From assembly GCA_000002435.2 (NCBI GenBank), contig CM018793.1: a stretch of 64,000 nt of DNA, one strand, 5' to 3'. Source of the DNA: Giardia intestinalis (lineage: Eukaryota). The notes beneath the pieces were generated by a model. It was not told where the DNA came from. It saw nothing but the letters and a program-made list of their open reading frames with translations, and did no database searches. Position numbers and translations under genes: made by a program. Below are positions 9,912-18,360 of the stretch, in pieces. The stretch's first letter is position 1. Every line of letters begins with the position of its first letter.

Positions 9912-11279
9912 TTACGACGAGCTATATTGGAGAAAGATTGGTTGATATACTTTGAAATCCTGCTCTGTGTTTAAAACAACTCCATAGACGTTTTCGTGTC
10001 CTCCAGCAATTGTTGCAGATGAAGGGTCTGCGGTGCTGCTGGTAAAGCTAGTATAGAATGCAGGGTTGATGGAGTAAGACGCTCTAATTCCTGCGACTGC
10101 ATCCGGAGTATATGTAGGAACTGGCCAAGTGAATCTGTTGGCATGTCTCGCCACGTGCCGTAGTGCCCGCTCCTTGTCAGCAAACCGAGCGGTAGCTCCA
10201 GGCGCTGCAGCTCCATCATCTGAAGATTCCAGGTCATCTCCAACTAGAACACGGTGGGCTCTGGGATCTAATTGATCCATCGAATCCTCTGGAAGGTTGA
10301 GGTTCTGGAGCTCTGAGTTATTCTCGTCATTTCCCTCCGAAGAGGACTCCTCCACCTCGGTGGACTGGTCAAATCCGCATGTCTCACAATCATAGTCTAT
10401 TCCATCTTCGATTTCAAACGGACTACACGGACCCACTCGTGAGTAAACAGCATGGATACAGTGATGGCCAAAGAATGTACGCGATGGCATGAAAATGCTT
10501 GCAACTCCTCTCGTAAAACCCTTCTCTTCGTTGGGCTTTTCCTCGTTGTAATAGCGCTGTAGTTCCTTAATTCGCTGGTGAACATACCTGACACGTTCCT
10601 CATAGTACTTGACCATCTTGGCGTCGTTCTGTGCCGGGATGATCAGCTCGCCCTGCGTATTTGCGTTGATAAACTGCTGAAGCTGGAGACCAGCGCCAGG
10701 TGGATACGATGCAAGGACACGTAGGGTCTCTGGGGTCTCGAAAAACCCGAAGAAGACTCTCCTGACCTTGTTTGCAGTGACCACATCAACGTCATTATTT
10801 AGAAGGGTTTTCCGTAAAGTTATGTGTGGCTGCATGATGGCATTTGTTGGCTGGGATTTTCGCTTGTCTTCACAGTTTTGATAGAATGAAGCCAGACATG
10901 ACAGTTGGTTTTCCGGTGGGGTTTTAGCATGGAAGAGCCGCCTGAAAAAGGCTTCTATATCCTCCACGGTAGTATAGACAGCATGAGTCGGTAGAGGATA
11001 AGATAAATCTGTCTTAGCTAGAGGACGCTCAAAGGCAGAGACAGACGGCTTCAAGGGTTGTGTGCATGTCGGTGCCTGTGCACCAGTACTCTGCTTTGGT
11101 GCCTTTTTAACAAAGTCAAGGATATTCATATATTTGGACCTGCGTCCTGGGCCCTTTTTTCCATCTGGCGGCCCCGCTGATGGCACTGCAGAAGGTTCAG
11201 CTGCTACTTCACAAACTTCGTCCAAGGTTTCATCGTTAAATAAAGCGTCTGGAAGGCTCAGAGAAGGGAGCTGTGACAT
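9912..11279 (-). CDS. Hypothetical protein of ~455 aa with a Cys/His cluster (HHCIH..C..DYDCETCG, possibly a zinc ribbon) and an acidic Ser-rich segment.
   Basis: ORF track 9912..11309 starts at GTG. I re-anchored it on the first ATG (MSQLPSLSLPD.., plus 'cat' 11277-11279). AGTAAAT lies 22 nt downstream of the stop. Confidence 0.55.
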   Translation of the reverse strand: MSQLPSLSLPDALFNDETLDEVCEVAAEPSAVPSAGPPDGKKGPGRRSKYMNILDFVKKAPKQSTGAQAPTCTQPLKPSVSAFERPLAKTDLSYPLPTHAVYTTVEDIEAFFRRLFHAKTPPENQLSCLASFYQNCEDKRKSQPTNAIMQPHITLRKTLLNNDVDVVTANKVRRVFFGFFETPETLRVLASYPPGAGLQLQQFINANTQGELIIPAQNDAKMVKYYEERVRYVHQRIKELQRYYNEEKPNEEKGFTRGVASIFMPSRTFFGHHCIHAVYSRVGPCSPFEIEDGIDYDCETCGFDQSTEVEESSSEGNDENNSELQNLNLPEDSMDQLDPRAHRVLVGDDLESSDDGAAAPGATARFADKERALRHVARHANRFTWPVPTYTPDAVAGIRASYSINPAFYTSFTSSTADPSSATIAGGHENVYGVVLNTEQDFKVYQPIFLQYSSS

Positions 11280-11308
11280 GAGAAGATCCAAGGATTTTTT
11301 TACAACCA

Positions 11309-13918
11309 CTAGGCTATTGCGAGATTCACAGCGGTATCACTGAAAACAACGTCCTTAATGGCGTGTGCAGAGGTTGCAGAGATTACAATGCCTTTTTCCA
11401 TGAGAGAAATAGCCGAGTGGGTTGCTACCAGTGAACTAGAATCCATCAGTCGGATCCCTGTAACAGAGTCTCTCAGAAAGCTATCTTTCAAGTAGATGTC
11501 TGATTGGAATGCACCTATCCCCATGTGTCCCGCGCCAACTATGGTTGTCTGTCCATCTATGCAAATAGTTGTCCCTCGTACAATGCATGCTGAGCGTCTT
11601 TGACGTGAAATCATGGAGTGGGTGCAAAGAATTTCGGATCCAAGTGCAAACAATCCGTCATTGCAATTGCACAAAGCGACGTTACCAATTACAACTGCAG
11701 AGGTGTCTATGTGAAGCCCACGCCAAAAAGACTCCGTTGCCAGAAGCACATTAGAGATGGTGCCCATGCTCCTGGTCAGCGAAATTCCAATGGAATTGAC
11801 CCGTAGTACTTCCTCACGAAGCAGGCCCGGCGTAACTCCATCTACGTGTCTAAGGTGCTTGAGCATCATGTTCTTGCTTGAGCTCTCTTGCTTCTTGATG
11901 CACTTAAGCCGCTGGATTAAGATCCTAGCAATGGCGATGGGAAACGGAGAGGCCCTGTCCGACAGAACAAATGGAGCAATCTTCCCACGGAGGTGTCCAA
12001 ACTTTGAGTACTCCAACAAGTCACTGTCTATCATATCTTCAGCGTAGAGCTTTGCACTGACACAGTAGCAATCTCGAATGTCTGCATTACATTCATAGAG
12101 GGCTATACACGATGATTCTGGCTCTGAAAATACAATGCGAAGAAGGTGTAAGAAAGAGCCTACGCCTTGCACACCTGTCACGATGCTCCGTAGCTTTCCG
12201 GAAATCTTTTCATCTGTTTTCAGAGAGGATACAGTGATAGGATCTAAGTACGATGGATCCGGCGCCAAAAATAACTTTCGAGATATCTCGACCGTCGGAC
12301 TGATTATTGAACAATCTGCAATAATAATGGGATGATGATGGTCGCCATACGTTGCAATTCCTGTCAAGCAGAACTGGAAGCTACACTGAGAGATGGACTT
12401 AATCATGTTATCTGACAGATTGTCTTTTGATATTAATGACCCCCCGATCAGAAGCTCCTTAATACCATCGGGATTATTGTAGTAGCAATCCATAAACTCA
12501 TGGTGAAATGGAGATAGTGTATTGAATTTCAGCTCTGCGCCAAAGGTATCGGCAATGTATTCCTTTCCTGTCATGACCTTGTCATTAGAGCAGAAGTTCT
12601 CACCAAAAGAAGCAACCCCGCAGTGGCAAAGGAAGAACAATGACTTCTGCACCAGCACGGTGGAAAGGCCTCGACACACAACTGCTGCAGTGTGGGGAAG
12701 CTCAACGGAGCTTATAGCAGGAAATGCCATTCCGTGGCCCCTGAATATGCAACCATCGATTACCACATCTGTAGAGTGTTCTACAACTATTCCTGGGCCA
12801 GTGTTTGGTCCAAAGTGACAGTCTTTGAAGATTACAACTGCAGATCCAAAGACATGTACTTGGGCGTGAGATACTTTGAGAAATGTCCCATATTTGCCGG
12901 AAATGTGCTCCCGAATGCTCATTATGGTTGCAAGCTCCTGTTCCATAGCATGCTTGCTCGTTACTGTCGCCCTTTGAAGCTTTGTCCGAGCTCGAGATAC
13001 TACTCGGTCCCAAAATGACGCACTGGGAACCCGCTTAATGGGCCCAAAGGAACAATTAATAAAAGTAATGGCAATGTTATCCAGTTTTCTTTTGATTGAA
13101 CTGATAGTTGGTCTTCTAACAAACACTTGTCCACTGAAGTGAATGCTCTCAAACGTAGTGCTTGATGATATAATAAGAAGGGGCTGCTTGAACCAACTCC
13201 GCTTCTGATTGAGTATTTTGTAAAAGGACTCTATAGGCGGTATTCGCTCTTGGTAGACATTGGAGCGGGTGTCGTTTGCCTTGAAGGGGCCAAAAGCTCG
13301 GTTCTTCACAGCTAGTAGCTTGGGATCAAACTGTGTCGATCCACCTCCAACAGAAGAATTAATTCTCCAACGTGGCTTATCACATGGACCCAAAAGTGTG
13401 TCGCATGTTCGCGTTATTCGAAAGGCCCCCTTACACTGGCGATAGAAATCTATAGGTGTCTCTATTATCGCAAGCTTCCTGAAAAGGCTGATCTTTGCAG
13501 GAATCGAAAAGACAATCGGCGCCTGAATGTTGTTTCTAATGCGTATGTCCTTTTTCATGCGGTACATACTCATTGAGCTCAAGATTGTAGTAAACTTAGT
13601 TCGCTCATTTCCACATGTCTTGTCAGCCAGCGTGGATACAAGGCCTTTACGGAACTGCCACTCACACACGTCTGCTAGATACTGGTAGGTAAGAAGCTGT
13701 GTGTAGACAGATGTAGTGTTTCCTTTAATGACGTTAGTTGTGTCCTCTACTATTTGTTCAAGACGAGCATGCTCAATGGCTTTTGTGGCGTCTTCAAAGC
13801 CCGTTGCTTCGTTGACCTTCTTCAAATGTTTATTGACGTCGTGCACAATAGCTGCCATCCTCTCTGTTACATTACTCATCTGTGTAAGGAGCCCATAGAT
13901 GGGGTGCAAGACATTCAT
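11309..13918 (-). CDS. Parallel beta-helix (PbH1/pectin-lyase-like) repeat protein of ~869 aa.
   Basis: Repeated 'h-x-G/N-C-x-F/I...G' beta-helix rungs appear, e.g. 'VVIDGCIFRGHGMAF', 'IIIADCSIISPTVEI', 'TTICIDGQTTIVGAGHMGIG', 'ATHSAISLMEKGIVISATSAHAI'. The ORF track start is TTG, so I re-anchored on ATG MNVLHPIYG (plus 'cat' 13916-13918). The TAG stop at 11309-11311 abuts the alternative-start region of the next gene. Confidence 0.55.
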   Translation of the reverse strand: MNVLHPIYGLLTQMSNVTERMAAIVHDVNKHLKKVNEATGFEDATKAIEHARLEQIVEDTTNVIKGNTTSVYTQLLTYQYLADVCEWQFRKGLVSTLADKTCGNERTKFTTILSSMSMYRMKKDIRIRNNIQAPIVFSIPAKISLFRKLAIIETPIDFYRQCKGAFRITRTCDTLLGPCDKPRWRINSSVGGGSTQFDPKLLAVKNRAFGPFKANDTRSNVYQERIPPIESFYKILNQKRSWFKQPLLIISSSTTFESIHFSGQVFVRRPTISSIKRKLDNIAITFINCSFGPIKRVPSASFWDRVVSRARTKLQRATVTSKHAMEQELATIMSIREHISGKYGTFLKVSHAQVHVFGSAVVIFKDCHFGPNTGPGIVVEHSTDVVIDGCIFRGHGMAFPAISSVELPHTAAVVCRGLSTVLVQKSLFFLCHCGVASFGENFCSNDKVMTGKEYIADTFGAELKFNTLSPFHHEFMDCYYNNPDGIKELLIGGSLISKDNLSDNMIKSISQCSFQFCLTGIATYGDHHHPIIIADCSIISPTVEISRKLFLAPDPSYLDPITVSSLKTDEKISGKLRSIVTGVQGVGSFLHLLRIVFSEPESSCIALYECNADIRDCYCVSAKLYAEDMIDSDLLEYSKFGHLRGKIAPFVLSDRASPFPIAIARILIQRLKCIKKQESSSKNMMLKHLRHVDGVTPGLLREEVLRVNSIGISLTRSMGTISNVLLATESFWRGLHIDTSAVVIGNVALCNCNDGLFALGSEILCTHSMISRQRRSACIVRGTTICIDGQTTIVGAGHMGIGAFQSDIYLKDSFLRDSVTGIRLMDSSSLVATHSAISLMEKGIVISATSAHAIKDVVFSDTAVNLAIA

Positions 13919-13932
13919 GGAGCCGGTATAAA

Positions 13933-13939
13933 ATTTACT
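13933..13939 (-). terminator. Putative polyadenylation signal AGTAAAT, 22 nt downstream of the stop of CDS 13961..14650 and about 15 nt upstream of the ATG of the next gene.
   Basis: Plus 'atttact' at 13933-13939. Confidence 0.5.
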
Positions 13940-13960
13940 TGGGGGGCTGTTAGCTCTCAA

Positions 13961-14650
13961 CTAATTCCTTATGATTTTCAAATTGAGGCTATCGACCGCA
14001 GGGACCTGCTGGCGGATAACGTGGCTAATGCCCTCTATCATGAGGTAGGCTACCACCCTGGTGATGAATTCAGCAAATATCTCCTTGAAGCCGCCTCGAA
14101 GTGCCCCCCGTAGCCACTCCCTCTTTGACTTGGAGAATAAGAAGCTGGTAAGGAACCCAGCGATGCTTCCGGTAACAAATGCCTCTGGCGGAGTAAGACG
14201 TCGACCATATGAGAACAGAGTGTTCTTCAAGGCCAGCATTTTCAAAAACTCGACAGAAAACTGATACGTGAGAGACCTGACCAGCTCCACAGGGGAGAAA
14301 ATGTGAAATATAGACAGAGATGAAATCGCAGATGCTGCAGAGGTGCTAAGGACCTTCTTAATGTCCGCTTTTATGATGCGCTGCATACACGTGTCAGACT
14401 TATCTACGCTGTTAGAGCCAAAAACCATTGAGGTAAGCTCTGAGAGAAGAGCTCCGGGGCCTTCGTTATGCAGGACATCGTAAATTCTATGAACCACGCC
14501 AAAAAGACCTCCCATGGTAAGACAGTGGAAAGATATGCCGGACTCTATGTTCGCCGTATTGGTCTTGTCAATAAAATCGTTATATTGGGCAAAGACATCA
14601 TGCAGAATGTCCATGGCCACCCAATTTATTTGAAATTTAGTTGGATGCAT
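13961..14650 (-). CDS. Hypothetical small membrane protein of ~229 aa with multiple hydrophobic helices.
   Basis: ORF track 13961..14689 starts at GTG. I re-anchored on ATG MHPTKFQIN (plus 'cat' 14648-14650). Hydrophobic segments include 'GSIAGFLTSFLF' and 'AASAISSLSIFHIF'. AGTAAAT lies 22 nt after the stop. Confidence 0.5.
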   Translation of the reverse strand: MHPTKFQINWVAMDILHDVFAQYNDFIDKTNTANIESGISFHCLTMGGLFGVVHRIYDVLHNEGPGALLSELTSMVFGSNSVDKSDTCMQRIIKADIKKVLSTSAASAISSLSIFHIFSPVELVRSLTYQFSVEFLKMLALKNTLFSYGRRLTPPEAFVTGSIAGFLTSFLFSKSKREWLRGALRGGFKEIFAEFITRVVAYLMIEGISHVIRQQVPAVDSLNLKIIRN

Positions 14651-15057
14651 GACAACATCCAGAGCCGTAGGCGGTTCATAAGAACACACAGAGACACAAC
14701 AAATATAATTAGAGACACACCAGCTCTTATTAGAGATTCAATCAAATAGCGTGTCTGCTCTTTGTTCGATGGTGCGATTGGAAGTGAAACTTGACGATTC
14801 CACGCCCTAACAGTTGTTATTGCAACAAGAGAGCTAGAAAGAAGAGTGCTGGGAACATCTCTGGCTAAAACAGCAACTAAGAACATGACGCAGGGCAGAT
14901 AAGCCTCGTATCTGGCCATTCTATTCGCACGGGCTTTCGTGTCGAGAGACGAGTAGAATGCTTCTGCAAAGTATAACAGCACGATAGACTGGTAGAGGGA
15001 GAGAACCAACTGGCTCAGTGCCAGGAACATTTGGAGGCTATGAGTCAGGATGAACAT
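14626..15057 (-). CDS. Possible small (143 aa) multi-pass membrane protein. It overlaps the 3' end of CDS 13961..14650 by 25 nt and the 5' end of the divergent ankyrin gene by about 27 nt.
   Basis: The ORF has an ATG start (plus 'cat' 15055-15057) and is very hydrophobic ('FLALSQLVLSLYQSIVLLYF', 'LPCVMFLVAVLA', 'GVSLIIFVVSLCVL'). The overlaps make it uncertain. Confidence 0.25.
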   Translation of the reverse strand: MFILTHSLQMFLALSQLVLSLYQSIVLLYFAEAFYSSLDTKARANRMARYEAYLPCVMFLVAVLARDVPSTLLSSSLVAITTVRAWNRQVSLPIAPSNKEQTRYLIESLIRAGVSLIIFVVSLCVLMNRLRLWMLSCIQLNFK

Positions 15058-18000
15058 TTAAAAAAGATTATATCATCGCAAGGTTGGTTTGGTGCGATTA
15101 CGGCCGGGGACGCTGCAGAGGTGTCGCGTCTGTGTGCTCGCTTCCTTCGGGAGACAGACCGGACCGGCACCACTGGGCTCATGTATGCTGCAGCATCCGA
15201 TAACGAGGAGATTGTGCAGATGCTCGTTAAGGATGAGAACTCCATGCGCAATCATATCGGGGAGACAGCTCTGCTGATCGCTGCTGCCCAGAACTCGGCC
15301 AAAGTCATCCCTCTTCTGTTACCATATGAACATGAAATGGTACTACTTAATGGAGCTACTGCGTTGCATGTCGCTGTTCAACATGGGAGTATGGAATCAA
15401 TACCACAGTTGGTTGACTGCTACAGCTGTGCCCGTGATAGAAACGGGTTTACCGCAATGGAGTACTGCGCCTACAACAATCTTCTTCCCCAGCTATCTCT
15501 GTTGGTAAAACATGGGAGTTATACCATTGAAGACCTAAAACATGCTGCTTCGATTGCAGATTCCGCGGGACATAAGCTCTGTGCCGCGGCCTTGTGGAAA
15601 GCCTCAAATACATATCCTGGGACTTCACTAAGATTGTCTAATCTAAAATTAACCACTGCACACATAGATGTGCCACCCAATAGTGCACAAAGTATTGATT
15701 CGTTGTCAGGAAGCAGGTTTACTGCCACTTCTCACTCCCATCCCTTAACCCTTACTCAACTGGATGCCAAGCAGCTGCAAGCTGCCTTCCATGCACTGAG
15801 TGATGAAGCAGACACGAATGGGAGTCCAGAGGGAGAAGGAAACAACCTTGCTGCAAACCATCCAAATGTAGTGCTTGCCTCGAACAACGATCCTTGCGAA
15901 AATCAGGGGATTTGTATGCTTAACTCAATGGCTGAATGCAGTGCGAGCACCAGTCCGTCCATTTTCCAAGGAAGACAGGAGTCTGTGTTAGTTCCTGATG
16001 TACCGCAGGGAGGCAACGAGCTGGTATTAAGTCCGAGCTCTTTGGATTCTTCCTTACCCTTGCTGGCTTCTCAGTTGTCTGGTACAGATAGGAGCACGCA
16101 GAGGAGTGAAGTACGTATTCTAGTTGAGCATTTACGCTCCGCCTTAGAGCAAGCAAGGGGTGATCTTAAAGACAAGACGGTTACAATACTGCGCTTGGAA
16201 GAAGAGGTAAAGAAGTTGACAGAAAAGAACGTACAGAGATCCTCAGGTTTTCTCTCTGCAGCGGAAGCCTTATCTCTACGTGAAGAGGTAGCGTACTATA
16301 AGCATCTCTTGGTCAAGCGCGATGCCCACGAAAAAGAGCTAAAGCAAGAGATAGGTAGGCTGCAGAACGAAAGCACGGATGTCTTATCGTCATTACGCTG
16401 TAAGATCAAGCAGGACCAAGAACATGGCAAGGATCTTAGACTTGAGGAAAAAGGCCAATCATCCGCCCAAGTTGACTCGCCAGAGTCACTATCGGAATGT
16501 TCACACAATTTGTGTGCGTTGGCATACGCGGTGAAGCAGCTGTGGACCATGCTTGATGCGCAGGAGGCAAATCTACCGGTTCCAGATTTGGTTCCAGAAA
16601 CGGCGACTATTGCTGACATCCTTCTCAGCTTTAAATCCTTGGAAGTACAGCTTCAAAGATTGACTTGTGATGTCAGCTCAAGGCCTCGTACTGACCCCCC
16701 TTCGTCTGCAAAGACTATACTTGACGCCAATTTAGATACTTCAAACGAGCAGATTGAGCAACTTATAGAAGAGTTAGCAGATAGCAACGCCAGAAGACGC
16801 CAGCTTGAAGAGCAGCTTGCGGAGGCACAGGGTTCCATTGATCAATACAAACAATTGGCCGAGGCTGCTCGAAGCTGCCAAGCACAATCAGAGGCCAGGC
16901 TTTCCCAGTACTTTGAGGTTCACCGCAACGAATTGGCATTGATCACTAATGAAGTGAATAGTGCCAAAGAGACGATTGCTAGAATGATAGAGGGTCCCGT
17001 TGATAACGACGTCAGTGTAACCACCATCACAGATTCATTGTCTTCTGGGTCTGCAAAGTCTCTTACGTACTATGTGGAGCTCGTCTTCACGCTTATCAAT
17101 TGGTACAAAGGGGCAATGGAGAGCATAAAGCAGGAGCTAGAGCAGCTTCAAGCGGATAATGATGCACTTAGGCTGACAAATGCAGAGTTAAAACGGTTAA
17201 ATGATGTACTGGAACACCCCATTAGACTTAGCTCTAGCAACCCTGACACCGCTGCTATGGAAGCCAAAATCGTAGCTTTAGACGCCAAAAATACTGACCT
17301 CCACAATGAGCTCGTCGATTGCCGTAAGAAACTCTATGATCTACAGAAGGAGGTAGCAAATTACAAAGATAAACTCCTTACAGCTCACTCCAGCGAAGAA
17401 CTTGAAGCCGTCAAGCTTCGATCACATCTATCTATGTACGCTGATGCATACAAAACTCTCAAAGACAGCTCTCTTTCTATGGGCCAGGAGCTTGACATGC
17501 TTCGGTCTGAATTAGATCTGTATCGATCGCTTCACGGAGATATTAAGGAACGAACGGAATCACAACCAGTGGACACAGACGTAACTGCATCACGTGTCTA
17601 TCCTTCCACGTTGGAGACTTCAAATTTGACAGCACCGTCCGGGCCTCTTTCAACAACAGTTATCAGACAAAACGTCATGACGCCTTTAATGATTGCTGCC
17701 CAACAGGGATCTCTCCGAGAGTGTAAAAACAACATGCAGTATGTTCGCCAGCAACTTCCCAATGGAATGACTGCACTCATGTTTGCAGCGAGTGCTGGAA
17801 ACAAGGAGATTGTCGAGCTGTTGGCGCCACATGAGTGCTCCTTTATCAGACACGATAATATGTGTGCAGCAGAGGTTGCTCTGACATGCGGTCATTATGA
17901 CTGTGCAGAGCTTCTTCGGAGTGCAGAGGCCCTGCATACCAGCAAGCTTGGTGGCATGGCAGAAGGTATGTTGTCCAGTATTATTTCAGCTGCAATCTCA

Positions 18001-18327
18001 AATAGTCTATTTGCTGTCTGGTCTTTTTTGCCCAGTCAGAAGGGAATGAAAGATGACCAAGGTATGACAGCCCTAATGCATGCCGCGATGCGTGGGCACA
18101 GAGATGTCGTACGCCTATTGAGCAAATACGAGCTACGGCTTCAAGACAACCATGGTCGAACAGCCCTGATGTTCGCTGCAGAACACTTGCATTCTCGTGT
18201 GTTGGAGTTTCTTGTGTCTGAAGTGGATTTAAAGGACCATGATAACAAAAGTGCTATCGATTATCTTCCCTCGCGGACAAACGCAAATGGCCCCCTCTAT
18301 GATTACTTTCTGGAGACTTTAGGGTAA
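15031..18327 (+). CDS. Ankyrin-repeat + coiled-coil protein of the Giardia 'Protein 21.1' type, 1098 aa. It has N-terminal ankyrin repeats, a central ~600-aa coiled coil and C-terminal ankyrin repeats.
   Basis: It opens with the family N-terminus 'W-F-x-A-I-x-x-G-D' (SQGWFGAITAGDAAEV). Ankyrin motifs include 'TTGLMYAAASDNEEIVQMLV', 'MTALMHAAMRGHRDVVRLL' and 'GRTALMFAAEHLHSRV'. The start could be ATG 15031 (MEAMSQ) or ATG 15040 (MSQ). Confidence 0.8.
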   Translation: MEAMSQDEHLKKIISSQGWFGAITAGDAAEVSRLCARFLRETDRTGTTGLMYAAASDNEEIVQMLVKDENSMRNHIGETALLIAAAQNSAKVIPLLLPYEHEMVLLNGATALHVAVQHGSMESIPQLVDCYSCARDRNGFTAMEYCAYNNLLPQLSLLVKHGSYTIEDLKHAASIADSAGHKLCAAALWKASNTYPGTSLRLSNLKLTTAHIDVPPNSAQSIDSLSGSRFTATSHSHPLTLTQLDAKQLQAAFHALSDEADTNGSPEGEGNNLAANHPNVVLASNNDPCENQGICMLNSMAECSASTSPSIFQGRQESVLVPDVPQGGNELVLSPSSLDSSLPLLASQLSGTDRSTQRSEVRILVEHLRSALEQARGDLKDKTVTILRLEEEVKKLTEKNVQRSSGFLSAAEALSLREEVAYYKHLLVKRDAHEKELKQEIGRLQNESTDVLSSLRCKIKQDQEHGKDLRLEEKGQSSAQVDSPESLSECSHNLCALAYAVKQLWTMLDAQEANLPVPDLVPETATIADILLSFKSLEVQLQRLTCDVSSRPRTDPPSSAKTILDANLDTSNEQIEQLIEELADSNARRRQLEEQLAEAQGSIDQYKQLAEAARSCQAQSEARLSQYFEVHRNELALITNEVNSAKETIARMIEGPVDNDVSVTTITDSLSSGSAKSLTYYVELVFTLINWYKGAMESIKQELEQLQADNDALRLTNAELKRLNDVLEHPIRLSSSNPDTAAMEAKIVALDAKNTDLHNELVDCRKKLYDLQKEVANYKDKLLTAHSSEELEAVKLRSHLSMYADAYKTLKDSSLSMGQELDMLRSELDLYRSLHGDIKERTESQPVDTDVTASRVYPSTLETSNLTAPSGPLSTTVIRQNVMTPLMIAAQQGSLRECKNNMQYVRQQLPNGMTALMFAASAGNKEIVELLAPHECSFIRHDNMCAAEVALTCGHYDCAELLRSAEALHTSKLGGMAEGMLSSIISAAISNSLFAVWSFLPSQKGMKDDQGMTALMHAAMRGHRDVVRLLSKYELRLQDNHGRTALMFAAEHLHSRVLEFLVSEVDLKDHDNKSAIDYLPSRTNANGPLYDYFLETLG

Positions 18328-18360
18328 ATGCAACTAAAATTTCGAGACAATCATTTCTCC

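Noticed and set aside
18325-18330. Reading the first two ankyrin genes (15031-18327 and 18328-20508) as one fused gene with programmed read-through of the TAA.
   Set aside because: The sequence after the TAA starts a fresh family-typical N-terminus ('MTLHDWFRAAEIGD'), and the upstream gene ends in a complete ankyrin module. Two tandem paralogues are more parsimonious. I flag it only as a point to check.
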